Origin: Planctomycetia bacterium
GTDB taxonomy: Bacteria; Planctomycetota; UBA8108; SXIK01
Assembly (NCBI GenBank): GCA_005772855.1
Contig: SXIK01000196.1
Span: 2,100-66,099, forward strand
Length of the DNA stretch: 64,000 bases
Direction: 5' to 3'
Shown: positions 29,870-39,804 of the stretch, one piece after another
Numbering within the stretch: the first letter of the stretch is position 1
Layout: each line of letters opens with the position of its first letter
Position numbers and translations under genes: made by a program
The notes under the pieces: generated by a model
Database searches by the model: none
The model's input: only the letters and a program-made list of their open reading frames with translations
What the model was told of the DNA's origin: nothing

Positions 29870-30527
29870 AGTACTGCTTGAGTCTTCCCTTTCGATCGAA
29901 CAACCGCGCTGCCCGCGTGATGCCTTGCTGGGTAATCGAGCGGATCACCGGCACCTCCGCCAACACATCGACCGAGCCGAACCGCTCGATGGCGCGACGG
30001 TTTTCGGCGTTGGGCGGGCCCGAGAGGATCACTCCGGCGATCTCAAGCCTGCGCGAGCGCGCCGCTTCGAGGGTGAGAAGTGTATGGTTGATCGTGCCAA
30101 GTCGACTTGACGCGACAATCAGCAGTGGCAGGTGCAGCTCCTCGAACAAGCTTGCGAGCAGATAACCATCATCCGTCAGCGGCACGAGCAGCCCACCGAT
30201 CCCCTCGATCAAGAGGTTGCGGCGATCGTCGGCCAAGGCGTGTGTCACGAAGGCGTCGACCACGCGCTCTGGCTCGATCCGCCGGCGCTCGAGGCGCGCG
30301 GCAAGGTGCGGCGAGACTGGTGGACCCAGGGAGTAAACCTCGCTCAGTATCTCGACATTCTTTCCCACGATACCACGGATGATCCGGGCATCGGAGCTCT
30401 CTGACGATCCGGTCGCGATGGGCTTCCAGTACGCGATTCGGCGTCGCCTGGCGTGGCGTGTCAGGATCACCGCGCAGGCGATGGTCTTTCCGACCTCGGT
30501 TCCAGTTCCCGTCACGATGAGGCTCAT
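29862..30527 (-). CDS. bioD: Dethiobiotin synthase
   Basis: TGTGTEVGKT, KPIATG, SPHLAA, EGIGGLLVPL and LGTINHTLL motifs. Confidence 0.95.
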   Translation of the reverse strand: MSLIVTGTGTEVGKTIACAVILTRHARRRRIAYWKPIATGSSESSDARIIRGIVGKNVEILSEVYSLGPPVSPHLAARLERRRIEPERVVDAFVTHALADDRRNLLIEGIGGLLVPLTDDGYLLASLFEELHLPLLIVASSRLGTINHTLLTLEAARSRRLEIAGVILSGPPNAENRRAIERFGSVDVLAEVPVIRSITQQGITRAARLFDRKGRLKQYFE

Positions 30528-30530
30528 GGC

Positions 30531-31664
30531 TCAAGAGGCCTCCACAGCATTGGCCACAGCATCGGCCACCGCGTCAATTTGCTCCTCGGTGTGATCCGCA
30601 TGAATGCTCAATCTCAGGCGTGCGGTGCCGGGTGGAACGGTTGGCGGGCGGACTGCCCGCACGTCGAAGCCGCGGTGCTGCACCTGCGCGGCGACACGTA
30701 GAGCGCGTGCATTGTCGCCGAGAATCACCGGCACTATCGGGCCTTCCCCGGGCGGTACCTGAAGGCCTCGATTCTCGAGGATCGCACGAAGGCGCCGCGC
30801 GAGCGCGTGCGGCCTCTCCCGCAGCTCGGGTTCGCCCTCAACAACGTCCAGTGCGCCATGGAGGCCGGCCGCCAGAAGGGGTGAGACCGCGGTGCTGAAA
30901 ATGAAGGGCCGCGCCTTGTTGATGATCGTGTCGATCACAACCCTGGGCCCGGCCACAAACGCGCCCCAGAGCCCCAGCGCCTTGCCGCAAGTCGAGAGGG
31001 TGGCCACGGCACGCCGTTCGATGCCGAAGAGTTCGCAGAGACCCGAGCCGCGAGTCTTTCCGAAGATGCCGGTCGCGTGGGCATCGTCGACAACAAGGAC
31101 CGCGCCATGGCGATCGGCGGCATCCGCGAGAAGGTTGAGCGGCGCCACATCGCCGTCCACGCTGAAGTAGGACTCGGAGAATAGGAAGTTGCGTCCCCTC
31201 GAGGGGGTATGGGCGAGGAGGTTTTCCAGCGCCCGGACGTCGAGGTGGCCGTAAATTGCCTTCTCGCAGCCAGCGAGGCGCAGGCCGTCGATGAGGCTCG
31301 CATGATTCAGAGCGTCGGAAATGGCTCGATCCTCGGGGCCGATGAGGGCCGTGGCGATTGCAAGGTTGGCCTGATAGCCGCTCGGGAAAAGAAGGGCTGC
31401 CTCCGTGCCCTTGAACCGGGCGAGCCGCTCCTCGACCTCCCTGTGAGCCGCCTCGTGCCCGCGCAAGAGGCGAGAGGCCGGGGCGGAGACGTTGCCCACT
31501 CTTGCGCCCTCGATCAATCGTTCCCGGACTCGTGGATGCCTTGAGAGGCCCAGATAGTCATTCGAGGCGAAATCGATACCGGCGGGCTCTCTCAGGATGC
31601 GGAGTAGCCCGAGCCGTTCGGTTTCTTCCAGCCGCTGCGTTAGCTCAGATAGGAATGGTCTCAT
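30531..31664 (-). CDS. bioF: 8-amino-7-oxononanoate synthase
   Basis: [36 protein letters not shown] and RPPTVP.G.ARLR motifs; start MRPFLS at 31664. Confidence 0.95.
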   Translation of the reverse strand: MRPFLSELTQRLEETERLGLLRILREPAGIDFASNDYLGLSRHPRVRERLIEGARVGNVSAPASRLLRGHEAAHREVEERLARFKGTEAALLFPSGYQANLAIATALIGPEDRAISDALNHASLIDGLRLAGCEKAIYGHLDVRALENLLAHTPSRGRNFLFSESYFSVDGDVAPLNLLADAADRHGAVLVVDDAHATGIFGKTRGSGLCELFGIERRAVATLSTCGKALGLWGAFVAGPRVVIDTIINKARPFIFSTAVSPLLAAGLHGALDVVEGEPELRERPHALARRLRAILENRGLQVPPGEGPIVPVILGDNARALRVAAQVQHRGFDVRAVRPPTVPPGTARLRLSIHADHTEEQIDAVADAVANAVEAS

Positions 31665-32649
31665 CCTGATCTTGCGACGTGACGGGCGACATTCCGAGCT
31701 TTTCAAGAAGCGCGAGGTCGTGGTCCTGGCCCGGATTTGAAGTCGTGAGGAGCTTGTCGCCGGTGAAGATCGAGTTGGCGCCGGCGAGGAAGCAAAGTGC
31801 CTGGGTCTCATCGGACATCTCAAGGCGGCCGGCACTGAGCCGGATGCGGCTCAGGGGAAGCACGACGCGGGCCGTCGCGATCATGCGCACCATGGAGAGC
31901 GGTTCCAGAGGGGGCAGGCCTTCCAGCGGCGTGCCCTCGGCTCGAACGAGCGCATTGATCGGGACGCTTTCAGGGTGAGGACTGAGCGCAGCCAGCACGC
32001 TCAGCAAGTCGGCGCGATCGCCGAGGCTCTCGCCCATGCCAAGGATGCCGCCGCAGCAGACCGTGATGCCGGCCTCACGAACATTTCGGAGAGTCTCAAG
32101 GCGCTCCTCGAAGCTCCGGGTCGAGATAATGCTCTCATAAAACTTGGGACCCGTGTCGAGGTTGTGGTTGTAGGCGCTCAGACCTGCGCCCGCTAGACGG
32201 GTGGCTTGCTCCTTCGTCAACATGCCGAGAGTGCAGCAGGCCTCGAGACCGAGCGATTTGACGCCACGGACCATCTCGAGCACTGCGTCGAACTCCCTCC
32301 CATCGCGTACCTCACGCCAGGCGGCTCCCATGCAGAAGCGGGTCGAGCCCGAGTTGCGCGCTGCTCGGGCGGCGGCCAGCACCTGGCTGACGTCGAGGAG
32401 CTGTTCCGGCTCGACCGTGGTCGAGTGGTGCGCGCTCTGCGGGCAGTAGGCGCAATCCTCCGGACAGGCTCCCGTCTTGATGCTCAGGAGTGTGCAGAGC
32501 TGTACCTCACGGGGGTTGTGGTACTGGCGATGAATCGTCTGTGCTTGATAAAGAAGATCCGGAAAGGGTGAGTCGTGCAGGCGAAGGACTTCCTCACTCG
32601 ACCAGTCGTGGCGCACGCGGTTGTTCTTGGTTGGGGTGGCAAAGGGCAT
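31645..32649 (-). CDS. bioB: Biotin synthase (radical SAM)
   Basis: [34 protein letters not shown] and AGANSIF motifs. Confidence 0.97.
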   Translation of the reverse strand: MPFATPTKNNRVRHDWSSEEVLRLHDSPFPDLLYQAQTIHRQYHNPREVQLCTLLSIKTGACPEDCAYCPQSAHHSTTVEPEQLLDVSQVLAAARAARNSGSTRFCMGAAWREVRDGREFDAVLEMVRGVKSLGLEACCTLGMLTKEQATRLAGAGLSAYNHNLDTGPKFYESIISTRSFEERLETLRNVREAGITVCCGGILGMGESLGDRADLLSVLAALSPHPESVPINALVRAEGTPLEGLPPLEPLSMVRMIATARVVLPLSRIRLSAGRLEMSDETQALCFLAGANSIFTGDKLLTTSNPGQDHDLALLEKLGMSPVTSQDQDETIPI

Positions 32650-32815
32650 GAGACGGGGCCTCGATGTGGAATCGGGTTCTCGAAATTGAGACCTACAAGT
32701 TACCGGAAGGCAAATATTAAAAAAAGCAGGGTCTCCTCAGATCGAGGGCCCGCCCTCCCGAAGACTGGTTTCCAGGAGCCTGTTACGGCGGTCGTTCCGT
32801 CGGCCCACGGCCAGG

Positions 32816-34906
32816 ATGATCCGCCGAAATTGGTCACAAGGAGAGCCCCCAGCCTTGAGTGAGCACGATCCCCCCTTTCTCTTGAAATTCTACATGGACC
32901 GCGACCTGCGGTACGGCGATGTCCCCCTCCATCGTCGTGTGACTGTCGGGCGAGGCCGCGAGAACGATGTGGTCCTGAACCACAACAGCGTCTCGCGCCG
33001 CCACGCGACTTTCTTCGTGGAGAAAGCTGGCTCAGCTCTCGTGGTGCTCCTGCGTGACGAGGGCAGTCGCAACGGCTGTATCGTAAACGGTCGACCTGTG
33101 CGCGGCACTGAGGTGCTCGTGAAGCCAGGTGATTGTATTCAGCTGGGCGTTTTCCTCGTCGACCTCACGCTCACGAATCTGAAACAGGAAGCCGAACCGG
33201 TTGACGATCTTAACTCTGACATCGTCCTTGAGGTCTCGCCGTCCAGCCGGACGGCGCTTCCCGACGAACGGCTCCGCGTGCTCTACGAGCTTGTCGCGGG
33301 GATCGATCTCCTCGACAACGAGAAAGTCCTGCCGGCCGTGGCGGAGTGGATCGGAAAAACGCTTCCCTTCGGTGTGCTGTACATGCTGCTGGAAGACGAG
33401 CAGGGCGCCGCCAAGATCTTTGCCTCGACGCCCAATGGCCCATGTGATCCCGCACGGATTTCGGTCAGCCGCAGCCTGATCAACAAGTGCCACGCTGAAG
33501 GCGTTGCGGTGCTAGCAGGCACGAGCGGAGTGCAGAGCCTGGATGCCGAGGGGACAGCTATTTTCAAGTCTCTCAAGTCGGCCATGTGCGTCCCTTTCCT
33601 GGGCCAATCGCGGTGCATGGGTGTGACTTATGCAAGCAGCCCATCCGATCGCGTCTACACGAGAGAGGACCTTCAGTTCCTGATCCTGGTCACGAGCAGC
33701 GTGACCCACAGTGTGGAGGCAAGGCGGGCGCTCGCCGCGGTGCGGGAGGAGAAGGAGAAAATCGAGAAGATTCTGGGGAGCCTCAAGGAAGCTGTCCTTC
33801 TTCTGGACAGCGATTTCAGGATTTTGCGTCTGAACCTGGCAGCGAACGAGGTCTTCGACGGGCGCGAGGTGGTGGGGCTGAAGCTCGCCGAGGCTCTTGT
33901 GGGCTATCGCAGCACGGCGGACCTGGAGACCCTGGATGGGCTTTCGAGCTTTGAGATTGAGGAGGATTCTGAGGCTTCGAAGGTTCGCGACTCTGCCGGC
34001 GTCTTGCCGCGCATCTATGAGGGCAAGATTTCACGCAGCGACGGGGCCGGGTCGATGAACTGGCGCTATGTCGCGTGCCTGCACGATGTCAGCCAATCGA
34101 GGCACCTGGAGCGGACGAAGTCCCTGTTCGTCAACCGGTTGGCGCACAAGATCATCACGCCTCTTACAGTCGTTACCAGTGTGAACTTTCTCGTCGCCGA
34201 ACATGTCGAGCGCCTGGGTGACGAGGAGCTGAAGCGTCTCCTGGCCCAGAGCATCAAGGAATCGGAACATTGCTCCGCCTTGATTCGACAGCTTGTTGAC
34301 TACACCGTAATGAACTTCGGGAACAGCTCTGCATCCCGCAAGAGAATGCATTGCCGGTTCGAGAGTCTGATCGAGCGTGCGCTGATCTCGAACAACGACC
34401 TTATCGTGAGCAAGCAGTTCAAGGTCTTGCCTCGGATTGCCGAGGACGCCACCGAGGCCCTCGGTGATTTTGAGCAATTGGGCCTTGTTTTTCAGCATTT
34501 GGTGCAAAATGCGGTGAAGTTTGGCTGCCAAGGTGGCTCGGTTCAGGTGTCCACGGAGCTCATGGGACGGGAGGTCAAGGTCTCCTTTCTGGACGATGGG
34601 CCGGGGATCCCACCGGGCGAGATGAAGAACGTCGGGCAGATGTTCTATCAGTTCGACCCGCAAAACACGGGCGAGGTGCCCGGCTCGGGTGTTGGGCTCT
34701 GGCTTGTGCGTGAGATCGTGCGCAGCCATGGGGGCGATGTCAAACTTTCAAGCCCGACGGCCCAGGACGGCACCGGCACCTTGGTCGAGCTTGTCCTCCC
34801 TGCTGCGACGGCCAAGACCCCGCTGGGCAACCTCGCGCTCGACCCGCCCACGGACACCATTTCGAGGGAGGTCGTCAACACAGCGCTCGAGAACGCGGTG
34901 TCGTGA
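32816..34906 (+). CDS. Cytoplasmic FHA-GAF-PAS sensor histidine kinase
   Basis: FHA GR...SVSRRHA...SRNG; GAF SAMCVP; H-box LAHKIITPL; NAVKF, DDGPGIP and GSGVGL; start uncertain. Confidence 0.85.
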   Translation: MIRRNWSQGEPPALSEHDPPFLLKFYMDRDLRYGDVPLHRRVTVGRGRENDVVLNHNSVSRRHATFFVEKAGSALVVLLRDEGSRNGCIVNGRPVRGTEVLVKPGDCIQLGVFLVDLTLTNLKQEAEPVDDLNSDIVLEVSPSSRTALPDERLRVLYELVAGIDLLDNEKVLPAVAEWIGKTLPFGVLYMLLEDEQGAAKIFASTPNGPCDPARISVSRSLINKCHAEGVAVLAGTSGVQSLDAEGTAIFKSLKSAMCVPFLGQSRCMGVTYASSPSDRVYTREDLQFLILVTSSVTHSVEARRALAAVREEKEKIEKILGSLKEAVLLLDSDFRILRLNLAANEVFDGREVVGLKLAEALVGYRSTADLETLDGLSSFEIEEDSEASKVRDSAGVLPRIYEGKISRSDGAGSMNWRYVACLHDVSQSRHLERTKSLFVNRLAHKIITPLTVVTSVNFLVAEHVERLGDEELKRLLAQSIKESEHCSALIRQLVDYTVMNFGNSSASRKRMHCRFESLIERALISNNDLIVSKQFKVLPRIAEDATEALGDFEQLGLVFQHLVQNAVKFGCQGGSVQVSTELMGREVKVSFLDDGPGIPPGEMKNVGQMFYQFDPQNTGEVPGSGVGLWLVREIVRSHGGDVKLSSPTAQDGTGTLVELVLPAATAKTPLGNLALDPPTDTISREVVNTALENAVS

Positions 34907-36417
34907 GGTCAGGATTGGCGAGCTTCACTTGTGAACCAGGGAAGGCTTTGCTACCTTTTCCGCCAATGCACAAGGCGGTGGATTCAGTCGAGTCGGTGCC
35001 CCGGCAGCGTCGCACGATTTGGTACATGGGCGTCAAGACGCGGGTGCTGCCCAATTTTCTCGATGGCGTGCTCGCGGACGAGGCCCCTTTGGGGGCGACG
35101 GTCGTCGATCTCATGAGCGGGAGCGCGGCCGTCGCCGCCCACTGCGCGAACCATTATCGGGTTTACGCCAACGACGTGCAGCGCTACGCGCAGGTGATCA
35201 GCTCGAGTCTCATCGAGCACGATCCTCTTCGAAAATCGGGCTTTCTGGAGTCGCTCGATGCCCGGAGCGCCCTGGATTCCGCCTTCAGGAGTAACTTGAG
35301 GGCGCTTGAGAAGCTTTACGCGAGAGCCCTGGAGGCGGAAGAGAGCCTCTTGAAGCGCCATGCCTCGGGAGATGAGAGCGACCAGTGGTGTGCCGACTAC
35401 AGGCGATTTCTTAATCAGCCTCGATCGGTCTACGCTACCACGGGCCAGAAGGGCCCAGCGAGCCACGGTGGCCTTTACGAGGAGGCTCAGGCCTTGCTGT
35501 CGGACGAGTCCATCGCCGCCTACCGACACGATCCCTCTCGCCGCCCGGCCTGCCTCACGACAGCCTACTATGCCAACATTTACTTCGGCCTGCGCCAGTC
35601 GATCGTGATCGACAGTCTCCGTGCGGCGATCGAGGACCTTCCAGCGTCCTCAATCCATGCCAGGGAGACGCGCACGCACTACCTCTCGGCGCTGCTCCAT
35701 GTGGCTTCCATCTCTACCTCGGGCACGTCGCACTTTGCGCAGCCACGCCACACCACGAAGGATTCAGAGCTGAAGGCGCTCGCCGCACGCCGCACGATCG
35801 ACATCTTCGAACGATTTCAGTTCTGGTCGTCGGAGATCGCGCTCCAGGTTCGCGAGACGACCCACTTGTCAGGAAACCAAACCTTTTCGGCGCCGTATCG
35901 CGAATTCATCAACGACGGCAGCCAGGGCCCCGAGCTCCGATTCCCGGGCCCGGTCGACCTGGTCTACCTGGACCCTCCCTATACTGCGGATCACTACTCA
36001 CGCTTTTATCACGTGCTTGAGGTGCTCGCTCGCCACGACTATCCGGAGCTAGATCGCGACGCGAGCGGTAGCGTCCTTCGCGGACGCTACCCGAAGCTTG
36101 CAGGGCGCTTCCAGTCAGAATTCTGCCTCAAGACGCGGGTCGAGGAGGAGTTTCGCACGGTCGTCCACGCAACGGCCGGAGCGGGGGCAAAGCTGGTGAT
36201 AAGCTACGCCTCGCCCACGGGGTTGCTCCTGAAGGAGTACGTGCGGCGCTTTCCGGAGAAGGATCCTGTCGAGCAGCTGCGGCAGCTCTGCCGGGAGCGC
36301 TACGAGACGGTTCGAGTGGAGCGCATGCCGCTCATGCATTCGGGTCAGGGCGACAGTAACCTTCAAATTGACGAGATCCTGGTGGTCTGCACCCGGCCGC
36401 GTGGGCCAAAGGCTTGA
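34903..36417 (+). CDS. DNA adenine (N6) methyltransferase, D12/FokI-like, apparently orphan
   Basis: YMG.K, DLMSGS..V, ND, YLDPPY...HYSRFYHVLE motifs. Confidence 0.85.
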   Translation: MRSGLASFTCEPGKALLPFPPMHKAVDSVESVPRQRRTIWYMGVKTRVLPNFLDGVLADEAPLGATVVDLMSGSAAVAAHCANHYRVYANDVQRYAQVISSSLIEHDPLRKSGFLESLDARSALDSAFRSNLRALEKLYARALEAEESLLKRHASGDESDQWCADYRRFLNQPRSVYATTGQKGPASHGGLYEEAQALLSDESIAAYRHDPSRRPACLTTAYYANIYFGLRQSIVIDSLRAAIEDLPASSIHARETRTHYLSALLHVASISTSGTSHFAQPRHTTKDSELKALAARRTIDIFERFQFWSSEIALQVRETTHLSGNQTFSAPYREFINDGSQGPELRFPGPVDLVYLDPPYTADHYSRFYHVLEVLARHDYPELDRDASGSVLRGRYPKLAGRFQSEFCLKTRVEEEFRTVVHATAGAGAKLVISYASPTGLLLKEYVRRFPEKDPVEQLRQLCRERYETVRVERMPLMHSGQGDSNLQIDEILVVCTRPRGPKA

Positions 36418-36418
36418 A

Positions 36419-37552
36419 TCATTCGCGCAGCCGCGCGATCAGCCCGTCTGTCCTGAGTACGGCGATGGCCTCCTCGGCCAGGGCGCGCGTCGCGAAAGCA
36501 AGCCTCATTGTGCCGGCTTCTCCCTCCCGCACCTTCAACACCTCGATGTCTTGAATGTTGATGCCGCGCGTGGCGAGCGGCTGCGCGATCCGCAAGATCA
36601 TGCCCGGTTTGTCCTCGACGACCACGAGGACGTCCCAGAGCTGGCTCAAGAAGCCCTTGGAGTCCCTGGGAATCTCGGCACGAGTCCGGCTGGCGCGGTC
36701 GAAAATCTTCTCGAGCCGTCCGTTGTTGAGGCCCCGCAGTGATTCTCGCGTGGAGTCAAGGAAGCGAAGGAGCACGTCCTCGATCACGTCGCGGTTCGTC
36801 TGCACAATGTCTTTCCAGACGTCGAACGAGCTCGAGGCAATGCGGGTCATGTCGCGGAAGCCCCCGGCGGCAAGGTGCACTCCGTGCTCCCGGTTGGATC
36901 CGAGGTCGTCAAGGAACTTGACGAGGCTGACGGCGAGGAGCTGTGGGAGATGGCTGATTGTTGCGGCGATTCGGTCGTGGTCAGCGGCGGAGAGCACCAC
37001 GACACGAGCTCCCGAGCGAGCAATGAATTGCCCAAGTTTCTTCACCTCGGCCTCGGGCACGGAGGGTGAGGGCGTCAGCACGTAGTAAGCGTTTTGATAG
37101 AGGAAGGGGTCTGCCGCGCGAACGCCACGCTGTTCGGAGCCGCACAGTGGGTGCCCGCCAATGAAACTGCCTTCGGGCAGGTTTCGTGCCGCCGCAAGGA
37201 TGGCCCGCTTGGTGCTTCCGACATCACTCACGACAACGCCGGGCCGAAGCCTGTCTGCGGAAGCACTGAGCTGTTGTAAGTGATCCAGGATCATGGAAAT
37301 TGGGCTCGCAAGGACAACAAGATCGGCGTGTGCTGCCGCATCGAGCAGGTGCTCGTAGGGGAAGCCCTCGTCGATGGCGCCCAGGCGTTGAGCTTCCACC
37401 AGAGTTTCGCCACGGCTGACCCCCAGAATTCTCCCCGTGTAACCCGAGCGGCGCAGTGCCAGGCCGAGTGATCCGCCCATCAGGCCTACGCCCACAATCG
37501 CAATCGATGCGTAGGGCTCCGCATTCGTGTTCTGGGGGTTAGTCGGTTGCAT
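36419..37552 (-). CDS. tyrA: Prephenate dehydrogenase with ACT domain
   Basis: GVGLMGGS, DVGSTK, GGHP..GSE, HD...A.ISHLP, GFRDMTRIASS; ACT EDKPG. Confidence 0.93.
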   Translation of the reverse strand: MQPTNPQNTNAEPYASIAIVGVGLMGGSLGLALRRSGYTGRILGVSRGETLVEAQRLGAIDEGFPYEHLLDAAAHADLVVLASPISMILDHLQQLSASADRLRPGVVVSDVGSTKRAILAAARNLPEGSFIGGHPLCGSEQRGVRAADPFLYQNAYYVLTPSPSVPEAEVKKLGQFIARSGARVVVLSAADHDRIAATISHLPQLLAVSLVKFLDDLGSNREHGVHLAAGGFRDMTRIASSSFDVWKDIVQTNRDVIEDVLLRFLDSTRESLRGLNNGRLEKIFDRASRTRAEIPRDSKGFLSQLWDVLVVVEDKPGMILRIAQPLATRGINIQDIEVLKVREGEAGTMRLAFATRALAEEAIAVLRTDGLIARLRE

Positions 37553-37594
37553 GGAGCCGCAATGTTACCTCAAGGGAATCCGGCAGAGTATGTA

Positions 37595-37742
37595 TACTCC
37601 TCGCGGCGATGATCGGGACATCCTGGCCACCGCTCCCTCCCCCTCGGCGCCGGAGGCGCCCGGCGCTTATCGAGCGCCGAGGAGGGGGAGGACGCCGCCA
37701 GGCGGCCGGTGCTGGGGAGGTCTCCCTCCCCAGCGAGGAGGA
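37595..37742 (-). mobile_element. MITE-like repeat, 148-bp long form (copy 3)
   Basis: TACTCCTCGCGG at the left end, GCGAGGAGGA at the right end; reverse complement matches the 103-bp copies plus a ~45-bp internal segment. Confidence 0.75.
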
Positions 37743-37821
37743 TAGAGTCTGTCGCCGTCCGGTTCGAGCCAGTATCATGCCCAACTTTCCCAAGTTACTT
37801 GTGGGGCCGTGCCAAAAGACA

Positions 37822-39786
37822 ATGTCAAGACCGTTGGAAGTGCCGCTAGTGGAAGAGTTGACCTCTTGCCAGAACCCCCTGGATTTCAAGCGTTGTGTGG
37901 GCACAAGCCTCCGGGAGGTGGAGAGGCTTCTCAAGGAGATTCTGGAGGTGCGCTCAAAGCGCAACCGAGAGAACACGCTGGTTCCCTACAATCGCCTCAT
38001 GTTGGACCTGGGAAGTCTTTCGAACGCAATCTCCTGCCTGCGGAGCGTGCACCCTGCAGAGGAGATCCGCAGGGCGGCGGAGGAAAGCGAGAAGGAGGTG
38101 GCGAGACTTGCGACTTCGCTGAGTCTCAACCAGGAGCTTTATCAGGGCATCCGGCAGTGTGACCCTCTGACGCTCGACGCCAAGGGAAAGAGGCTCCTGA
38201 AGCACCTGTTGCGGGACTTCCACAGGGCTGGCGTCGATCGTGACGATGCCACACGGGAGCAAGTTTGTGTCCTCCGAGACAAGATCGTGGCGACGGGGCA
38301 GGAGTTTCTTCGCAACATTGTGAAGGACGTGAGGTTGATCGAGCTCGAGGGACTCGAGGAGCTTGAGGGCCTCCCTGTGGACTACGTCCGGGAGCATGCG
38401 CCTCAACCGAACGGCAAGATCCGAATCACGACCGATTCTCCCGACTACAACCCCTTCATGACCTATGCGACGAGCGACACCCGGCGCCGTGAGCTTTACA
38501 CGGAGTTTCGTCGCAGAGGGTTTCCTGACAATCTCGAGGTGCTCCGGCTGCTGATGACCCAGCGGCATCAATTGGCCACCCTCCTGGGCTACTCTTCCTG
38601 GGCAAGCTACGTCGCCGAGGACAAGATGATTCAGACGCCGGAGGCGATCGGCGAGTTCATTGAGAGGGTGAGCCGTGTTTCCCAGACGCGCGCCCGGCGG
38701 GAGTACGACGAGCTCCTTTCGCAGAAGCGGAAGCTCGACCCTGGTGCCACGGAGGTCCACGACTGGGAGAAAACCTGGTTGGAGGGCTCCATTCGCTCGG
38801 AAAAGCATCAGTTCGACTTCAGAGCTGTCCGGACCTACTTCGAATACGGCCGCGTGAAAACGGGAGTCTTGTCGCTCGTGGAGGACCTCTTCGGGGTTCG
38901 CTTCGAGCCCGATTTGAATGCAATTCACTGGCATCCTGACGTCGAAGTTTACAACGTCCTCGAGGGTGGATGTCGGGTGGGCCGCATCTATCTCGACATG
39001 CACCCTCGAGAGGGCAAATTCAAGCACGCTGCCCTGTTCCCGCTCGTCAGAGGTGCGCGGAACCTCGCTGTTCCGGAGGCGGCGCTTGTGTGCAACTTTC
39101 CCAATCCGCGACTCGCGCAGGGTCCGGCGCTTCTGGATCATGACGAGGTCCTCACCTTGCTCCACGAGTTCGGTCATCTGCTTCACCAGCTCTTCGCGCG
39201 AGAAGAAGAGTGGTCCAGGTTCAACGGCATTTCCAACGAGTGGGATTTCATCGAGGTTCCCTCGCAGCTCTTCGAGGAGTGGGGTTGGGAATACGACGCG
39301 CTCAAGCGATTTGCGATCCACCACGAGACGGGCGAGACGATCCCGAGGGACTTGGTTGAACGGTTGCGCCGGGCCAAGGCCTTCGGTCGGAGTCTCGCGG
39401 TGCGCCATCAGATGTTCTATGCATCCTTGTCGCTCGAGTGCTTTGGCCCCGAAGCTCCAGATCTCGACACGACCCGTGTCGTTGAGGAATGTCAGGGACG
39501 GCACAGCCTCTTCCGCTTCGTTCCAGGAACCTATTTCCAGGCGAGCTTTGGCCATCTCAACGATTACTCCGCCCTCTACTACACCTACATGTGGTCGCTT
39601 GTGATCGAGAAGGACATCTGTGTTCATTGGCGCAAGAGTGGCCTGATGAGCCGTGAGGCCGCCGCGCGCTACCGGGACTGCATTCTTCGGCCTGGAGGTT
39701 CGCTGGACGCCGCGGACCTTGTCCGCAGCTTCCTCGGCAGGGACTATGTGTTCAAGGCGTTCGAGGAATGGCTTGAAGTGGTGTGA
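37822..39786 (+). CDS. M3-family (thimet oligopeptidase-like) Zn oligopeptidase
   Basis: YLDMHPREGKFKHAA, HEFGH, DFIEVPSQLFEEW, FGHL..Y...YYTY.WS and FLGR; the upstream ORF extension is repeat-derived. Confidence 0.92.
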   Translation: MSRPLEVPLVEELTSCQNPLDFKRCVGTSLREVERLLKEILEVRSKRNRENTLVPYNRLMLDLGSLSNAISCLRSVHPAEEIRRAAEESEKEVARLATSLSLNQELYQGIRQCDPLTLDAKGKRLLKHLLRDFHRAGVDRDDATREQVCVLRDKIVATGQEFLRNIVKDVRLIELEGLEELEGLPVDYVREHAPQPNGKIRITTDSPDYNPFMTYATSDTRRRELYTEFRRRGFPDNLEVLRLLMTQRHQLATLLGYSSWASYVAEDKMIQTPEAIGEFIERVSRVSQTRARREYDELLSQKRKLDPGATEVHDWEKTWLEGSIRSEKHQFDFRAVRTYFEYGRVKTGVLSLVEDLFGVRFEPDLNAIHWHPDVEVYNVLEGGCRVGRIYLDMHPREGKFKHAALFPLVRGARNLAVPEAALVCNFPNPRLAQGPALLDHDEVLTLLHEFGHLLHQLFAREEEWSRFNGISNEWDFIEVPSQLFEEWGWEYDALKRFAIHHETGETIPRDLVERLRRAKAFGRSLAVRHQMFYASLSLECFGPEAPDLDTTRVVEECQGRHSLFRFVPGTYFQASFGHLNDYSALYYTYMWSLVIEKDICVHWRKSGLMSREAAARYRDCILRPGGSLDAADLVRSFLGRDYVFKAFEEWLEVV

Positions 39787-39804
39787 TGCCACGAACTGGA
39801 GCGG

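Noticed and set aside
37954-39792. 612-aa antisense ORF (also 7384-8631, 45470-46990, 22836-24113 and others)
   Set aside because: Shadow ORFs opposite well-supported genes in GC-rich DNA
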